DNA of 64,000 nucleotides from an uncultured Flavobacteriales bacterium (GTDB taxonomy: Bacteria > Pseudomonadota > Alphaproteobacteria > UBA8366 > JADFVY01), in the NCBI GenBank assembly GCA_964347475.1, contig CAYFYY010000004.1, positions 15,997 through 79,996 of the forward strand, given 5' to 3'. How positions within the stretch are numbered: position 1 is the stretch's first letter; each line of letters starts with the position of its first letter. This document shows, in pieces, positions 9,863 to 18,608 of the stretch. The notes under the pieces are model-generated. The model searched no databases, had not been told where the DNA came from, and saw nothing but the letters and a program-made list of their open reading frames with translations. Made by a program: the position numbers and the translations under genes.

Positions 9863-10732
9863 TCACAGGCCGAACCGGCTCCAGAACAGCCGTTCCTCGA
9901 TCGCTGCGAGGATGTCGTCGGCGACGGCGCCGGCCCGCGACACGCCGAGCCGCTTCTGCAACCAGTTGCGCGGCACCTTGACCGGGCGCAGCCGCACTTT
10001 CTCGCCGAACTTCTCGCGCATCACGCCGCGCAGGTCGCCGATACCGTCCACCAGGCCGAGTTCCGCCGCCTTGCGGCCGGTCCACACGGTGCCGTCGAAC
10101 AGCTCCGACTCCGGCGCCGCCAGCCGGGCGCCGCGGCGTGCCCGCACCCACTCCTTGAACTGGTCGTGTACGTCCTCCTGGATCGCCTTCAGGCGCTTGA
10201 CGTCCTTGGGATCCTCGGGGCGGAACGGATCGAGCATCGCCTTGGATTTCCCGGCGGTGTGGACGCGCCGTTCGACGCCCGCCTTGGCGATCAGGTCGGT
10301 GAAGCCGAAGCTGGCCGAGACCACGCCGATCGACCCGACCACCGAAGCCCCGTCGGCATAGATGTGATCGCCCGCACAAGCGAGCCAGTAGCCGCCCGAT
10401 GCGGCCACGTCCTCGCAGAACGCGTATACCGGCAGGTCGCGCTCCTCGGCCAGCGCGCGCACCCGGCCGGCGATCAGCGCCGACTGCACCGGCGATCCGC
10501 CGGGGGAATTCACGGAGATCGCCACCGCCGCGAGCCGCTTCAGCTTGAAGGCACGCTCGATCGCCTCTGCCAGGTCATCGAGCGAGAGGCCGCGCCGCCC
10601 GAGTCCAACTTGGCCGATGACGCCGGCAAACCGCAGCACCCCGACGACCGGCGCGCCCGAGGCCCTGCGGGCAAGCCAGCCGCCGATCAGCGGGACGCGC
10701 TCGAGCCAGCTTTCCTTGGGCGGGTGTTTCAT
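9863..10732 (-). CDS. sppA: signal peptide peptidase SppA, short (36K) type, S49 family
   Basis: The S49 core is present (INSPGGSPVQS, AASGGYWLACA, GSIGV). The likely start is the ATG at 10732 (MKHPPKESW). Confidence 0.85.
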   Translation of the reverse strand: MKHPPKESWLERVPLIGGWLARRASGAPVVGVLRFAGVIGQVGLGRRGLSLDDLAEAIERAFKLKRLAAVAISVNSPGGSPVQSALIAGRVRALAEERDLPVYAFCEDVAASGGYWLACAGDHIYADGASVVGSIGVVSASFGFTDLIAKAGVERRVHTAGKSKAMLDPFRPEDPKDVKRLKAIQEDVHDQFKEWVRARRGARLAAPESELFDGTVWTGRKAAELGLVDGIGDLRGVMREKFGEKVRLRPVKVPRNWLQKRLGVSRAGAVADDILAAIEERLFWSRFGL

Positions 10733-10797
10733 GGCGGCTAACATAGGGAGGGGGGCGAATCCCCACAAGACGGAAAGCGCAGCGCCCGCGTCCGGCT

Positions 10798-11745
10798 TCA
10801 GAGTGCAAGCGCCGCGCCGTCACGCAGAACGGCGAGCGCTTCCGCCGTGTAACCGCCCTCCTCCTCGTGAAGCACGAGGCCCGCCGCGACGCGCATCGGG
10901 GTCCGCACGCCGGGCCGCGCGCGCACCAGCACGCGCTTGGCCTCACGGCCGGCCTTGGGCCACAGCGGAAACACCACGACTCCGCCGGCTCGTTCGTGCA
11001 GCAGCGCCAGCAGCTCGTCGAGTCGGTCGGCGCGGTGGATGAGGGTTATGCCGCCTTTCGGCCGAGCCATTCGCAGCGCGAAGTCGACCCAGTCGGCGAG
11101 CCTGGCCTCGCCCTCGACGTGCGCCATCGCCTTCGCTTTGCCGGGCGGTGGATCGGCCCGGTCCGCCGGAAGGTGGGGCGGATTGGCGATCACATGGTCC
11201 CAGGCGCCGGAGGCAAGGTCCGGGGTTGGCCGGAGGATATCGCCGGTGACGATCGACACGCGGTCACCCATGTCATTTAACGCAACGTTGTCGCGGGCCA
11301 GGCTGGCCAGTTCCGCCTGCATTTCCAAACCGGCCACCCTCGCGCCCGGAACCCGTCGCGCGAAACAGAGCGCAGCCGCGCCCACACCGGTGCCGGCATC
11401 GAGCAGCGAGCCGGTTGCAGCGGCCGGCACCGCGGCTGCCAGCAGCACTGGATCGATGGCGACGCGATAGCCCTGCGCCGGCTGGCGTAACCGGACCTTT
11501 CCGCCGAGCAGCGCGTCGTAGGCGTCGCCCTCCGCGCCGTCCCACTCGCCGGCTTCGGTCAGCAGCCGGCGGGCCGCCTCGTAATCCTCATCGGCGACCA
11601 TCAGGCGTCGCGGGATGGCCGAGATCGAGCCTTCCGCGAAACTCATGTGAGTGTCCAGCACCACGGCCTCGATGTTTTCGCCCGCCAGCAGCGCCGCAAG
11701 CCACGAAATCCGCACATGGTTGCCGGTTCGCAACAATTCCCTCAT
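10798..11745 (-). CDS. SAM-dependent methyltransferase (N6-adenine NPPH type, tRNA1(Val) m6A37-MTase-like) with DUF2007-like N-terminal domain
   Basis: It has motif I LLDAGTGVGAAAL and a catalytic NPPHL motif. The first ~80 aa (MRELLRTGNHVRISWLAALLAGENI...) resemble the small DUF2007 'signal transducing' domain. The ORF also extends to a GTG at 11775. Confidence 0.75.
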   Translation of the reverse strand: MRELLRTGNHVRISWLAALLAGENIEAVVLDTHMSFAEGSISAIPRRLMVADEDYEAARRLLTEAGEWDGAEGDAYDALLGGKVRLRQPAQGYRVAIDPVLLAAAVPAAATGSLLDAGTGVGAAALCFARRVPGARVAGLEMQAELASLARDNVALNDMGDRVSIVTGDILRPTPDLASGAWDHVIANPPHLPADRADPPPGKAKAMAHVEGEARLADWVDFALRMARPKGGITLIHRADRLDELLALLHERAGGVVVFPLWPKAGREAKRVLVRARPGVRTPMRVAAGLVLHEEEGGYTAEALAVLRDGAALAL

Positions 11746-11845
11746 TTTCGCCACACGGTGCGCTTTTTGGTCCACTTGACCATGGGTTGGGTTAAACTAT
11801 GCTCGCTGCTATTCTGCAAGCCCTGCTGGGGAAAGGGGAATCATT

Positions 11846-12889
11846 TTGGCTGTCGTCAGCGCCGAGACGAAAGGTCGCGCGGACGTGTCCGCGCAGTCCG
11901 CGACGGACACCAAGCCGTCGCTGGACGCATTGCACGGTCTCGTCGCGAATGACTTGGCGGCCGTCAACCAGCTGATCATCGACAATATGCAGAGCCCGGT
12001 GGCGCTGATCCCGCAACTCGCCGGCCACATCGTCGCAGCCGGGGGAAAGCGGCTGCGCCCGATGGTGACACTGGCAGCGGCCAGGCTTTGCGGCTACGAG
12101 GGCCAGCGGCAGCAGGCGCTCGCCGCCTGTGTCGAGTTCATTCATACCGCAACCTTGCTGCACGACGACGTGGTCGACGAGTCGCTGCTGCGGCGCGGCC
12201 GGGACTCGGCGAATGCGGTCTGGGGTAACCAGGCGTCGGTCCTGGTTGGTGACTTCCTGTTTTCGCGGGCCTTCCAGCTGATGGTCGCGGATGGCTCGCT
12301 GGAGGTGCTGCGGATCCTCTCCAACGCCTCCGCGGTGATCGCCGAGGGCGAGGTGCTGCAACTGGTCACCACCAACGACACGGCGACGGACGAGGACGCC
12401 TATCTCGAGGTGATCCGCTGCAAGACCGCGACCCTGTTCGCCGCGGCGGCGGAGATCGGCGCCGTCGTCGCGGACAGGCCGGCCTCCGAGCAGCGGGCCC
12501 TCGCCGAATTTGGGATGAACCTCGGCATCGCTTTCCAGCTGATCGACGATGTCCTGGATTACTCGGCGCTCCAGGCGAAGCTGGGCAAGACGGTGGGCGA
12601 CGACTTCCGTGAAGGCAAGATGAGCCTGCCCGTGGTGTTGGCCTTCGACCGCGGCGACGCCGAGGAGCGCCGCTTCTGGACCCGTACCCTGGAGCGCATG
12701 GAACAGGACGAACGGGATCTCGGCCATGCCATCGCATTGCTGCACCGTCATGGCGCTCTGGACGAGACCGCGGCCCGGGCCCGCCACTATGCGGAAAAGG
12801 CCAAACGGTCGCTTGTGCTCTTTCCGGCGAGCCCGGTTCGCGAGGCGATGATGCAGGCTGTCGACTTCGCGGTTGACAGGGCCTACTGA
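11846..12889 (+). CDS. ispB: long-chain polyprenyl diphosphate synthase (octaprenyl/decaprenyl)
   Basis: Both aspartate-rich motifs are present: LLHDDVVDES and FQLIDDVLDY. Confidence 0.9.
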   Translation: MAVVSAETKGRADVSAQSATDTKPSLDALHGLVANDLAAVNQLIIDNMQSPVALIPQLAGHIVAAGGKRLRPMVTLAAARLCGYEGQRQQALAACVEFIHTATLLHDDVVDESLLRRGRDSANAVWGNQASVLVGDFLFSRAFQLMVADGSLEVLRILSNASAVIAEGEVLQLVTTNDTATDEDAYLEVIRCKTATLFAAAAEIGAVVADRPASEQRALAEFGMNLGIAFQLIDDVLDYSALQAKLGKTVGDDFREGKMSLPVVLAFDRGDAEERRFWTRTLERMEQDERDLGHAIALLHRHGALDETAARARHYAEKAKRSLVLFPASPVREAMMQAVDFAVDRAY

Positions 12890-12910
12890 CAGCGCGGTCG
12901 ATCCCGGAGA

Positions 12911-13474
12911 TCAGAAGGACGAGTCCGGCTGATTGAGAAACTCCGCCTCATCAGGCGTCGTCGTGCGTCCGAGGACGTCGTTTCGGTGCGGGAACCGCCC
13001 GAAGCGGTCGATGATCCGCTTGTGGGCCTCCGCCCATTTCACCAGCTCGGTGTCGCCGGTGGCCGCATAGAGCGCGACCGACAGGGCCTGGTCGGCGGGA
13101 TCCTCGCTATGCTGCAGCGGCATATAGAGAAACTGCCGTTCCCGCACCGAAAGCCCCACGTCGAACTTCCTGTCCAGCGCGTAGCGCAGGACCGTGCGTG
13201 CGGCCGCATCGGTGGCGAACGCGCGGGCGTCGCCGCGAAACATGTTGCGCGGAAACTGATCGAGCACGATGACCAGCGCAACGCAGCCGGCCGGCGTCTG
13301 GCGCCACCCGTCGAGCGCGCCCGCGGCGGCCCGCCGGTACAATCCGGCAAAACGCGTGCGTACCGTCGCGTCGAACGCGGCGTCCCTCTTGAACCACCGT
13401 TCCAGCAACGTCTCTGTGAACCAGAAGTCGAGCACCGCGCGCGCCTCGGCCGGAACCTCTGTGCTCAACGCCAT
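12911..13474 (-). CDS. DUF924 family protein
   Basis: From the internal ATG at 13474 the sequence reads MALSTEVPAEARAVLDFWF...LDQFPRNMFRG...RFGRFPHRN, typical of DUF924. The upstream part of ORF 12911..13921 runs through the tRNA gene and is not coding. Confidence 0.85.
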   Translation of the reverse strand: MALSTEVPAEARAVLDFWFTETLLERWFKRDAAFDATVRTRFAGLYRRAAAGALDGWRQTPAGCVALVIVLDQFPRNMFRGDARAFATDAAARTVLRYALDRKFDVGLSVRERQFLYMPLQHSEDPADQALSVALYAATGDTELVKWAEAHKRIIDRFGRFPHRNDVLGRTTTPDEAEFLNQPDSSF

Positions 13475-13527
13475 CCCTCGGCCCTTGCTCTCGCCCGTTC
13501 CAGAGGTTATATAGCGGGCCTTCCCGC

Positions 13528-13604
13528 CGGAGTGTAGCTCAGCCTGGTAGAGCACCGTCTTCGGGAGGCGGGGGCCGGTGGTTCGAATCCACTCACTCCG
13601 ACCA
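13528..13604 (+). tRNA. tRNA-Pro (anticodon CGG)
   Basis: A 77-nt cloverleaf folded by hand: acceptor CGGAGTG/CACTCCG, D-arm GCTC-AGCCTGGTA-GAGC, anticodon arm CCGTC-TTCGGGA-GGCGG, T-arm GGTGG-TTCGAAT-CCACT, and an encoded ACCA end. Confidence 0.93.
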
Positions 13605-13610
13605 AAAGAA

Positions 13611-13634
13611 CCCCCCGGGAAACCGGGGGGTTTT
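13611..13634 (+). terminator. rho-independent terminator after tRNA-Pro
   Basis: CCCCCCGG-GAAA-CCGGGGGG is a perfect 8-bp GC stem, followed by TTTT. Confidence 0.7.
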
Positions 13635-14103
13635 CGCGTTGCACCAGGGCGATGGGTTCCCGTGCCGCGCCCGAAGGATCTGCATGTGGTCCACAGTGTC
13701 GCAGCAAGCGACGCATCGATGGCATCGCAGTTTCGAACGCCACTCCCTTGGTATTGTCGCGACCAAGTTTGGGGGCGCCGTGGGCCGACCCGGCTGATAC
13801 GCAATGCCGGCATGTTCGGTGGCCGGCCGCGAACGGCCTGTCGCCTGGCCCGTCGTCGGTCCCGCCGCATCGGAAGTCGCCCAGCTTCGGGTTGTGGAGC
13901 GCGCGTAATTCGCTGCGGCAAAACATACTCTCTTTACGCTTCCTTTACCCAACAGTGGAATGGTTGACGAGTGCCCCATGACTTCGTTCGCGCATTCGTA
14001 GAGTAGGATTACGCCACGGCCTGCGCATCGGGGACATCCATACTCTCGTATTTGTGCACCGATACGGGCCAGCTGCATCATCCAAGTCAGGCACGGCCGA
14101 TCC

Positions 14104-14496
14104 ATGAGCGACAAGACTTCTTCGATCCTGATCATAGATGACGACGAACTGCTGATCACGCTGCTGGAGCACAAGCTCGGTCAGCGTGGGCTGTCGGTGA
14201 CGAGCGCCAACGACGGACAGGACGGCCTCTTGGCGGCCATCGAAGAACAGCCCGATCTGGTGGTACTCGACGTCATGATGCCGACCATGGACGGCTTCGA
14301 AGTGCTGCGCCGCATGAAGGAACACGAGCGCACCCAGGATATTCCGGTCATCATGCTGAGCGCCAAGCGTCTCGAGGACGACGTGGTGAACGGACTGAAC
14401 CTCGGCGCCGCCGACTATCTCGTCAAGCCGTTCATGCCCGAGGAACTGCTGGTCAAGATCCAGAGGCTGCTGAGAGAAAAATGGATGCCCGCCTGA
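14104..14496 (+). CDS. single-domain response regulator (CheY-like receiver)
   Basis: 130 aa with receiver signatures ILIIDDDE, LVVLDVMMPTMDG, SAK and YLVKPF. There is no output domain. Its 3' end overlaps the next gene by 16 nt. Confidence 0.9.
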   Translation: MSDKTSSILIIDDDELLITLLEHKLGQRGLSVTSANDGQDGLLAAIEEQPDLVVLDVMMPTMDGFEVLRRMKEHERTQDIPVIMLSAKRLEDDVVNGLNLGAADYLVKPFMPEELLVKIQRLLREKWMPA

Positions 14497-15788
14497 CGCC
14501 CTGCGGCGGACGGCGTGGTTCGCTGCTCTGCGGGATTCTCTCGTTCGTCCTGTGGGCCGCACTCGCGGCGCCCGCCTCGGGCAGCGAATTCCAACGCGCG
14601 TACGAAGAGGCGGTCCAGGCCCAGCAGCGGGGCGATCTCGCAACAGCCGCGGTGAAGTTCGAAACGGCAAGCAGGATCGCCCCCGCAAGTGTCGACGTCC
14701 TGGTGCGGCTGGCCCTGGTCCGCGGGCAGCTGCGCGAATTCGACCGTGCGCTGTCGACCATTGACCGGGGTCTTCGCATCGCACCACGGAACACCGATCT
14801 GCGGCTGGCCCGTGCCAGAATCTTGGGCTGGGCCGGCCGGAATGGAGAGGCAATGCAGACGGTGGAAGCGGTCATCACTGAGCAGCCGCAGAACGCGGAG
14901 GCACGCGCGATCAAAGGGCGCATCGCGTTCTACGAGGGCCGGCTCGATGCGGCCGATGCCAGTTTCGCGATAGCGCTCAAGCTCGAGCCGGGCAATGCCG
15001 AAGCCGCAGCCGGACGGGCCGAAGTTGCCCGCGCCCGGCAGGGAGCTACGCGCGCGCATCCAGCCGGGGCGGCGACCGGCACCCCGCGGTGGCGCATCGA
15101 TGTCGGTTATCTGCACAGCCGGTTCTCCCGCGTGAACCTGGAAAACTGGCGCGAAGGGTTCATTCGTGTCGAGCATCGCTGGCCCAGCCGAACGGCGCTC
15201 AGCCTGCGCGTCGATACCAGCAATCGTTTCGGTTCGACGGAGACCGCCGTCGGTGCTGGCATCACGCAGCACTTCGGTGACGCCTTTACCGCCTATGCCG
15301 AGGGCTCGGTATCACCAGCGGCCGACTTCCTGCCGCGATGGACGGCTTTGGCGGGGGGGCGGCTGCGGGTTGCCGAAGGCGGCGGGCCGGTCGGGCCACT
15401 GCTGCTGGGCGCAGACCTCCGTCACAAAAGCTATGCGACAGGGGACATAGAGAATTTGGATCCGGGACTCGAGCTGTACGGATTCGATGGCAGGGTCTGG
15501 CTGACGGGCAGATGGATCAACGCGTTCGACCGTGAGGCCGATGCGCGCCTCGCCGGCTGGTTCGCCCGTCTCGACTGGCAGCTGGCTGCGCCATTCCGGG
15601 TGTTCGCAGGATTCAGCGACGCGCCGGAAACAGAGGCGGGCATCACGGTCGACACGCAGAGCACGTTCGGCGGCCTGGCATTCGACGTCACTCAAAGCGT
15701 CCGCCTGAATGCCAGCGCTGCACGCGAAGATCGTGAAAATTCATACATTCGCAATGTCTTTGGTGTGTCATTGACGCTGCATTTCTGA
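14481..15788 (+). CDS. outer-membrane TPR + C-terminal beta-barrel protein (PgaA/NfrA/YaiO-like polysaccharide export porin)
   Basis: It has a signal peptide and about four TPR-like helical repeats. From ~15086 the sequence turns amphipathic (RWRIDVGYLHSRF...) and ends in the OMP-type terminus SLTLHF. Confidence 0.7.
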   Translation: MDARLTPCGGRRGSLLCGILSFVLWAALAAPASGSEFQRAYEEAVQAQQRGDLATAAVKFETASRIAPASVDVLVRLALVRGQLREFDRALSTIDRGLRIAPRNTDLRLARARILGWAGRNGEAMQTVEAVITEQPQNAEARAIKGRIAFYEGRLDAADASFAIALKLEPGNAEAAAGRAEVARARQGATRAHPAGAATGTPRWRIDVGYLHSRFSRVNLENWREGFIRVEHRWPSRTALSLRVDTSNRFGSTETAVGAGITQHFGDAFTAYAEGSVSPAADFLPRWTALAGGRLRVAEGGGPVGPLLLGADLRHKSYATGDIENLDPGLELYGFDGRVWLTGRWINAFDREADARLAGWFARLDWQLAAPFRVFAGFSDAPETEAGITVDTQSTFGGLAFDVTQSVRLNASAAREDRENSYIRNVFGVSLTLHF

Positions 15789-15828
15789 CGGCAATGTGGC
15801 GACTGCGATTTGTCGAAAGGGTCCGGCA

Positions 15829-16950
15829 ATGACACTCCTGGCAACAATCTGGTGGGTCTCCGCCGTGCTGATGGCGGTCCCGCTGGTTATGCTGGGGATA
15901 TTGGTTCTTCGACGCCTGTATCAGGAACGCGCCGGTCGACGATTGGCGGAGCGCAAGAAGGCGTTGACGCTCTTGGCGATGATCTATCTGGAAGCGCCTG
16001 TCGACGACACACGAATCCGGGAAATCTGCGGTGACTTCAATCTGACTTTGCTGCACAAGATTGCGAGCGCGCTGGTTCAGGGAAGGCCTAGTAAAGCCCA
16101 GCTGCGCATCGACCTCCGCCTGCTCCGCGACATCATTCAGGACCTTCTGGGGTCGGTTCGCGGGGAAACCCGGGAACGGCTCGTCAATTTGCTGCGCACC
16201 ACGTTGGCGCGACAGTTCTGCCTGGCCGATCTGCGCAATCGCCGCGTCAACACGCGGATCAGCGCGATCGAGACGCTATCGCTTATCCCCGATCCGGAAG
16301 TCATCGACGCACTCCGCGACATGCTGGATGATCCGGAACCCGATGTTCGCCTCGCCGCGGCACGCAGCCTGGTCACTCTCGGGCCGAATCTGACACTGGA
16401 TGACCTCGTCGGAAAGCTGGATATCGGCGGCACGATCCGCTCGCGGTCGCTTCGCGACATCTTCCGCATTTTCGCGTCCTACAACGCCGCGGACCTGATG
16501 CTCCTGCTGGACCGCAATCCGCCGGACCTGACCGCCGCACTCGCCATCTATGGCCTCGGGACGGCGCAGGATTACGATGCCGTCTCAGTGATCGCCAGCT
16601 GCGCCAGCTGGCCATCGATCGATGTTCGCGCCGAAGCCATGCGCGCCCTCGCCGCAATTGGCCATCCTGGCGCGGAGCCGGCGGTCCTGCAGGGGTTGCA
16701 CGACGACGCCTGGGAGGTGCGCACCGAGGCCGCGATCTGCGCCGGACGCATTCCGCTGCCCAATGCCGTACCGCTTCTGCGCGAGCGGCTCGAGGATATC
16801 GAATGGTGGCCCCGCTTCCGCGCCGCCGAGGCCTTGCGCTCGATTGGAGATGCGGGCCGGCGGGCGCTGGAGGCCGCCCGGCTGGGGAGCGGACGATCCG
16901 CCAGCATTGCCGACATGATCCTGGCCGAGGAGAGGGCCGCGGCGGCATGA
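15829..16950 (+). CDS. membrane-anchored HEAT (PBS-lyase type) repeat protein
   Basis: It has an N-terminal TM helix (TIWWVSAVLMAVPLVMLGILVL) and then repeated HEAT units (DPEPDVRLAAARSL, IDVRAEAMRALAAIGHP, DDAWEVRTEAAICAGRI, WWPRFRAAEALRSIG). An alternative GTG start lies at 15796. Confidence 0.7.
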   Translation: MTLLATIWWVSAVLMAVPLVMLGILVLRRLYQERAGRRLAERKKALTLLAMIYLEAPVDDTRIREICGDFNLTLLHKIASALVQGRPSKAQLRIDLRLLRDIIQDLLGSVRGETRERLVNLLRTTLARQFCLADLRNRRVNTRISAIETLSLIPDPEVIDALRDMLDDPEPDVRLAAARSLVTLGPNLTLDDLVGKLDIGGTIRSRSLRDIFRIFASYNAADLMLLLDRNPPDLTAALAIYGLGTAQDYDAVSVIASCASWPSIDVRAEAMRALAAIGHPGAEPAVLQGLHDDAWEVRTEAAICAGRIPLPNAVPLLRERLEDIEWWPRFRAAEALRSIGDAGRRALEAARLGSGRSASIADMILAEERAAAA

Positions 16951-18401
16951 ATGTCGACGATCTCCTCGCCAACGATGCGCTGTCGTCGTATCTCGCGGCG
17001 ACGGCATGGTGGGCCAGTGTCATCATCCTTTGCACGATGTTGCTGCAGAATCTGCTCTACATGCTGCAGCTGTTGCTTGCATTCAAGGTCTTGCGGCGTT
17101 GGCGCTTCGTTCCCAATGCCGTTCGCGCGTGGCGCCAGCTGAGCGACACGTCGTTGCCGATTTCCCTGCTGGTCCCCGCCTACAACGAGGAAGCCACGGT
17201 CGTGGCCAACGTGCGATCGATGTTGGCACTGCATTATCCGCGGTTCGAAATCATTGTGATCAACGACGGCTCCAACGATGCCACACTGCAGACATTGATC
17301 GACAATTACGATTTGCGGCCCATCATCCGGGTTTACGAGGAAGAAGTGCCGCACCGCCCCATCAAGGGGCTCTACGGCTCATCGAGTTACCCCAACCTCA
17401 TCGTTGTGGACAAGGAGAACGGTGGCAAGGCCGACGCCCTCAACGCCGGCATCAACCTTTGCCGGCTGCCGATGTTCTGTGTCGTTGATGCCGACTCGAT
17501 CCTGGAGGCGGATTCGCTGCTGCGAGCGGTGCAGCCGTTCTCCGAGGATCCGGACCGCGTTATCGCGGTAGGGGGAACAATTCGACTTGCCAATGGCAGC
17601 GGCGTGCACGGCGGCCGCGTGGTTTCGGTGGGGCTCCCCACCAAGCTGCTGCCGTTGTTCCAGATCGTCGAATACCTCCGTGCGTTTCTCATGGCACGCT
17701 TGGCGTGGAGCGAATTCAATGCACTGATGCTGATTTCCGGCGCATTCGGAATCTTCAAGCGCAGTGCGGTAGTGGCCGCGGGCGGTTATTCGCACGGCAC
17801 CGTTGGCGAGGATATGGAGATCATCGTCAAGCTGCACCGCTACATGCGCGAAAAGGGCGAGGACTACGTCATTCGCTTCGTACCCGATCCAGTGTGCTGG
17901 ACGGAGGCGCCGGAGACCTTGCGCGTCCTGGGCCTCCAGCGCAAACGTTGGCAGCGCGGGGCGCTCGAAACGTTCTTCAAGCACATCCGCATGCTTTTCA
18001 ATCCCCGCTACGGCGTAGTCGGCATGGTAGGATTCCCGTACATCCTCTTGCTCGATGTGATCGGGCCTCCGGTCGAATTGCTCGGATATTTCCTGATTCC
18101 GGTGTTGTGGTATTTCGGCTTCCTCAGTCCGGAATTCTTCGCCGCGTTTCTGGCAATGACCTTCGCATGGGGTGTGACCATCAGCGTCGGCACGCTGGTG
18201 CTGGAAGAAATGGAGCTGAAACGTTTCCCGAAGACGCGACATCTGGTGTTGCTCGGATTCATCGCCGTTCTGGAAAATTTCGGATACCGCCAGATAAACA
18301 ATTTTTTCCGGGTCGCCGGGTACTGGCAGTACCTGTGCGGCAACAAGGAATGGGGCCGGATGACCCGTGCCGGCTTCCAGCAGGCGCACACGAAGGAATG
18401 A
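16947..18401 (+). CDS. processive family-2 glycosyltransferase (PgaC/IcaA/NfrB-like polysaccharide synthase)
   Basis: It has N-terminal TM segments and a GT-A core with INDGSNDAT and VVDADS. The processive-synthase motif QRKRW lies at 17937-17951, followed by a C-terminal TM bundle. The start ATG overlaps the HEAT gene stop (ATGA at 16947-16950). Confidence 0.88.
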   Translation: MNVDDLLANDALSSYLAATAWWASVIILCTMLLQNLLYMLQLLLAFKVLRRWRFVPNAVRAWRQLSDTSLPISLLVPAYNEEATVVANVRSMLALHYPRFEIIVINDGSNDATLQTLIDNYDLRPIIRVYEEEVPHRPIKGLYGSSSYPNLIVVDKENGGKADALNAGINLCRLPMFCVVDADSILEADSLLRAVQPFSEDPDRVIAVGGTIRLANGSGVHGGRVVSVGLPTKLLPLFQIVEYLRAFLMARLAWSEFNALMLISGAFGIFKRSAVVAAGGYSHGTVGEDMEIIVKLHRYMREKGEDYVIRFVPDPVCWTEAPETLRVLGLQRKRWQRGALETFFKHIRMLFNPRYGVVGMVGFPYILLLDVIGPPVELLGYFLIPVLWYFGFLSPEFFAAFLAMTFAWGVTISVGTLVLEEMELKRFPKTRHLVLLGFIAVLENFGYRQINNFFRVAGYWQYLCGNKEWGRMTRAGFQQAHTKE

Positions 18402-18608
18402 TGTGATGCCGCGCTACGTGCACTGTTGGCCAGATCCGGCTCGCAAGGCCGCGGGGTCGGCTCGGTGGCCGCGCGGGAAGGTCGGGCGCTCGCTTCGCGA
18501 CGTTGTCGATCGGACGCATCGGCCGGGCTCCGACCTGCCGATGCTGAGCATGAAAGCTGGCGCGTTGTGCCGCCTGGGACAGCTACGTGCGAAGGAGTGA
18601 CGGCGGCC

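Noticed and set aside
13732-13747. TTCGAACGCCACTCCC, ~130 bp downstream of tRNA-Pro, which resembles the tRNA T-arm/acceptor 3' segment (TTCGAATCCACTCACTCC) and could be an att-site remnant
   Set aside because: Only about 15 of 20 positions match, with indels. There is no integrase and no second copy further downstream that I could find by eye. This is within chance expectation for a short GC-rich match. I kept it only as a hint for the island hypothesis.
12911-13921. Long form (336 aa) of the DUF924 ORF
   Set aside because: The N-terminal 149 codons run straight through the tRNA-Pro gene and its terminator and look non-coding. The DUF924 homology begins at the internal ATG at 13474.
16803-16946. 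N-terminal 48-codon extension of the GT2 ORF, and likewise 18426-18608 for the hybrid HK
   Set aside because: The extensions are Arg/Gly/Pro-rich, and in the GT2 case overlap the HEAT gene. The downstream starts give proper N-terminal TM topology: an ATGA coupling site for the GT2 and a GAAGGAG RBS for the HK.
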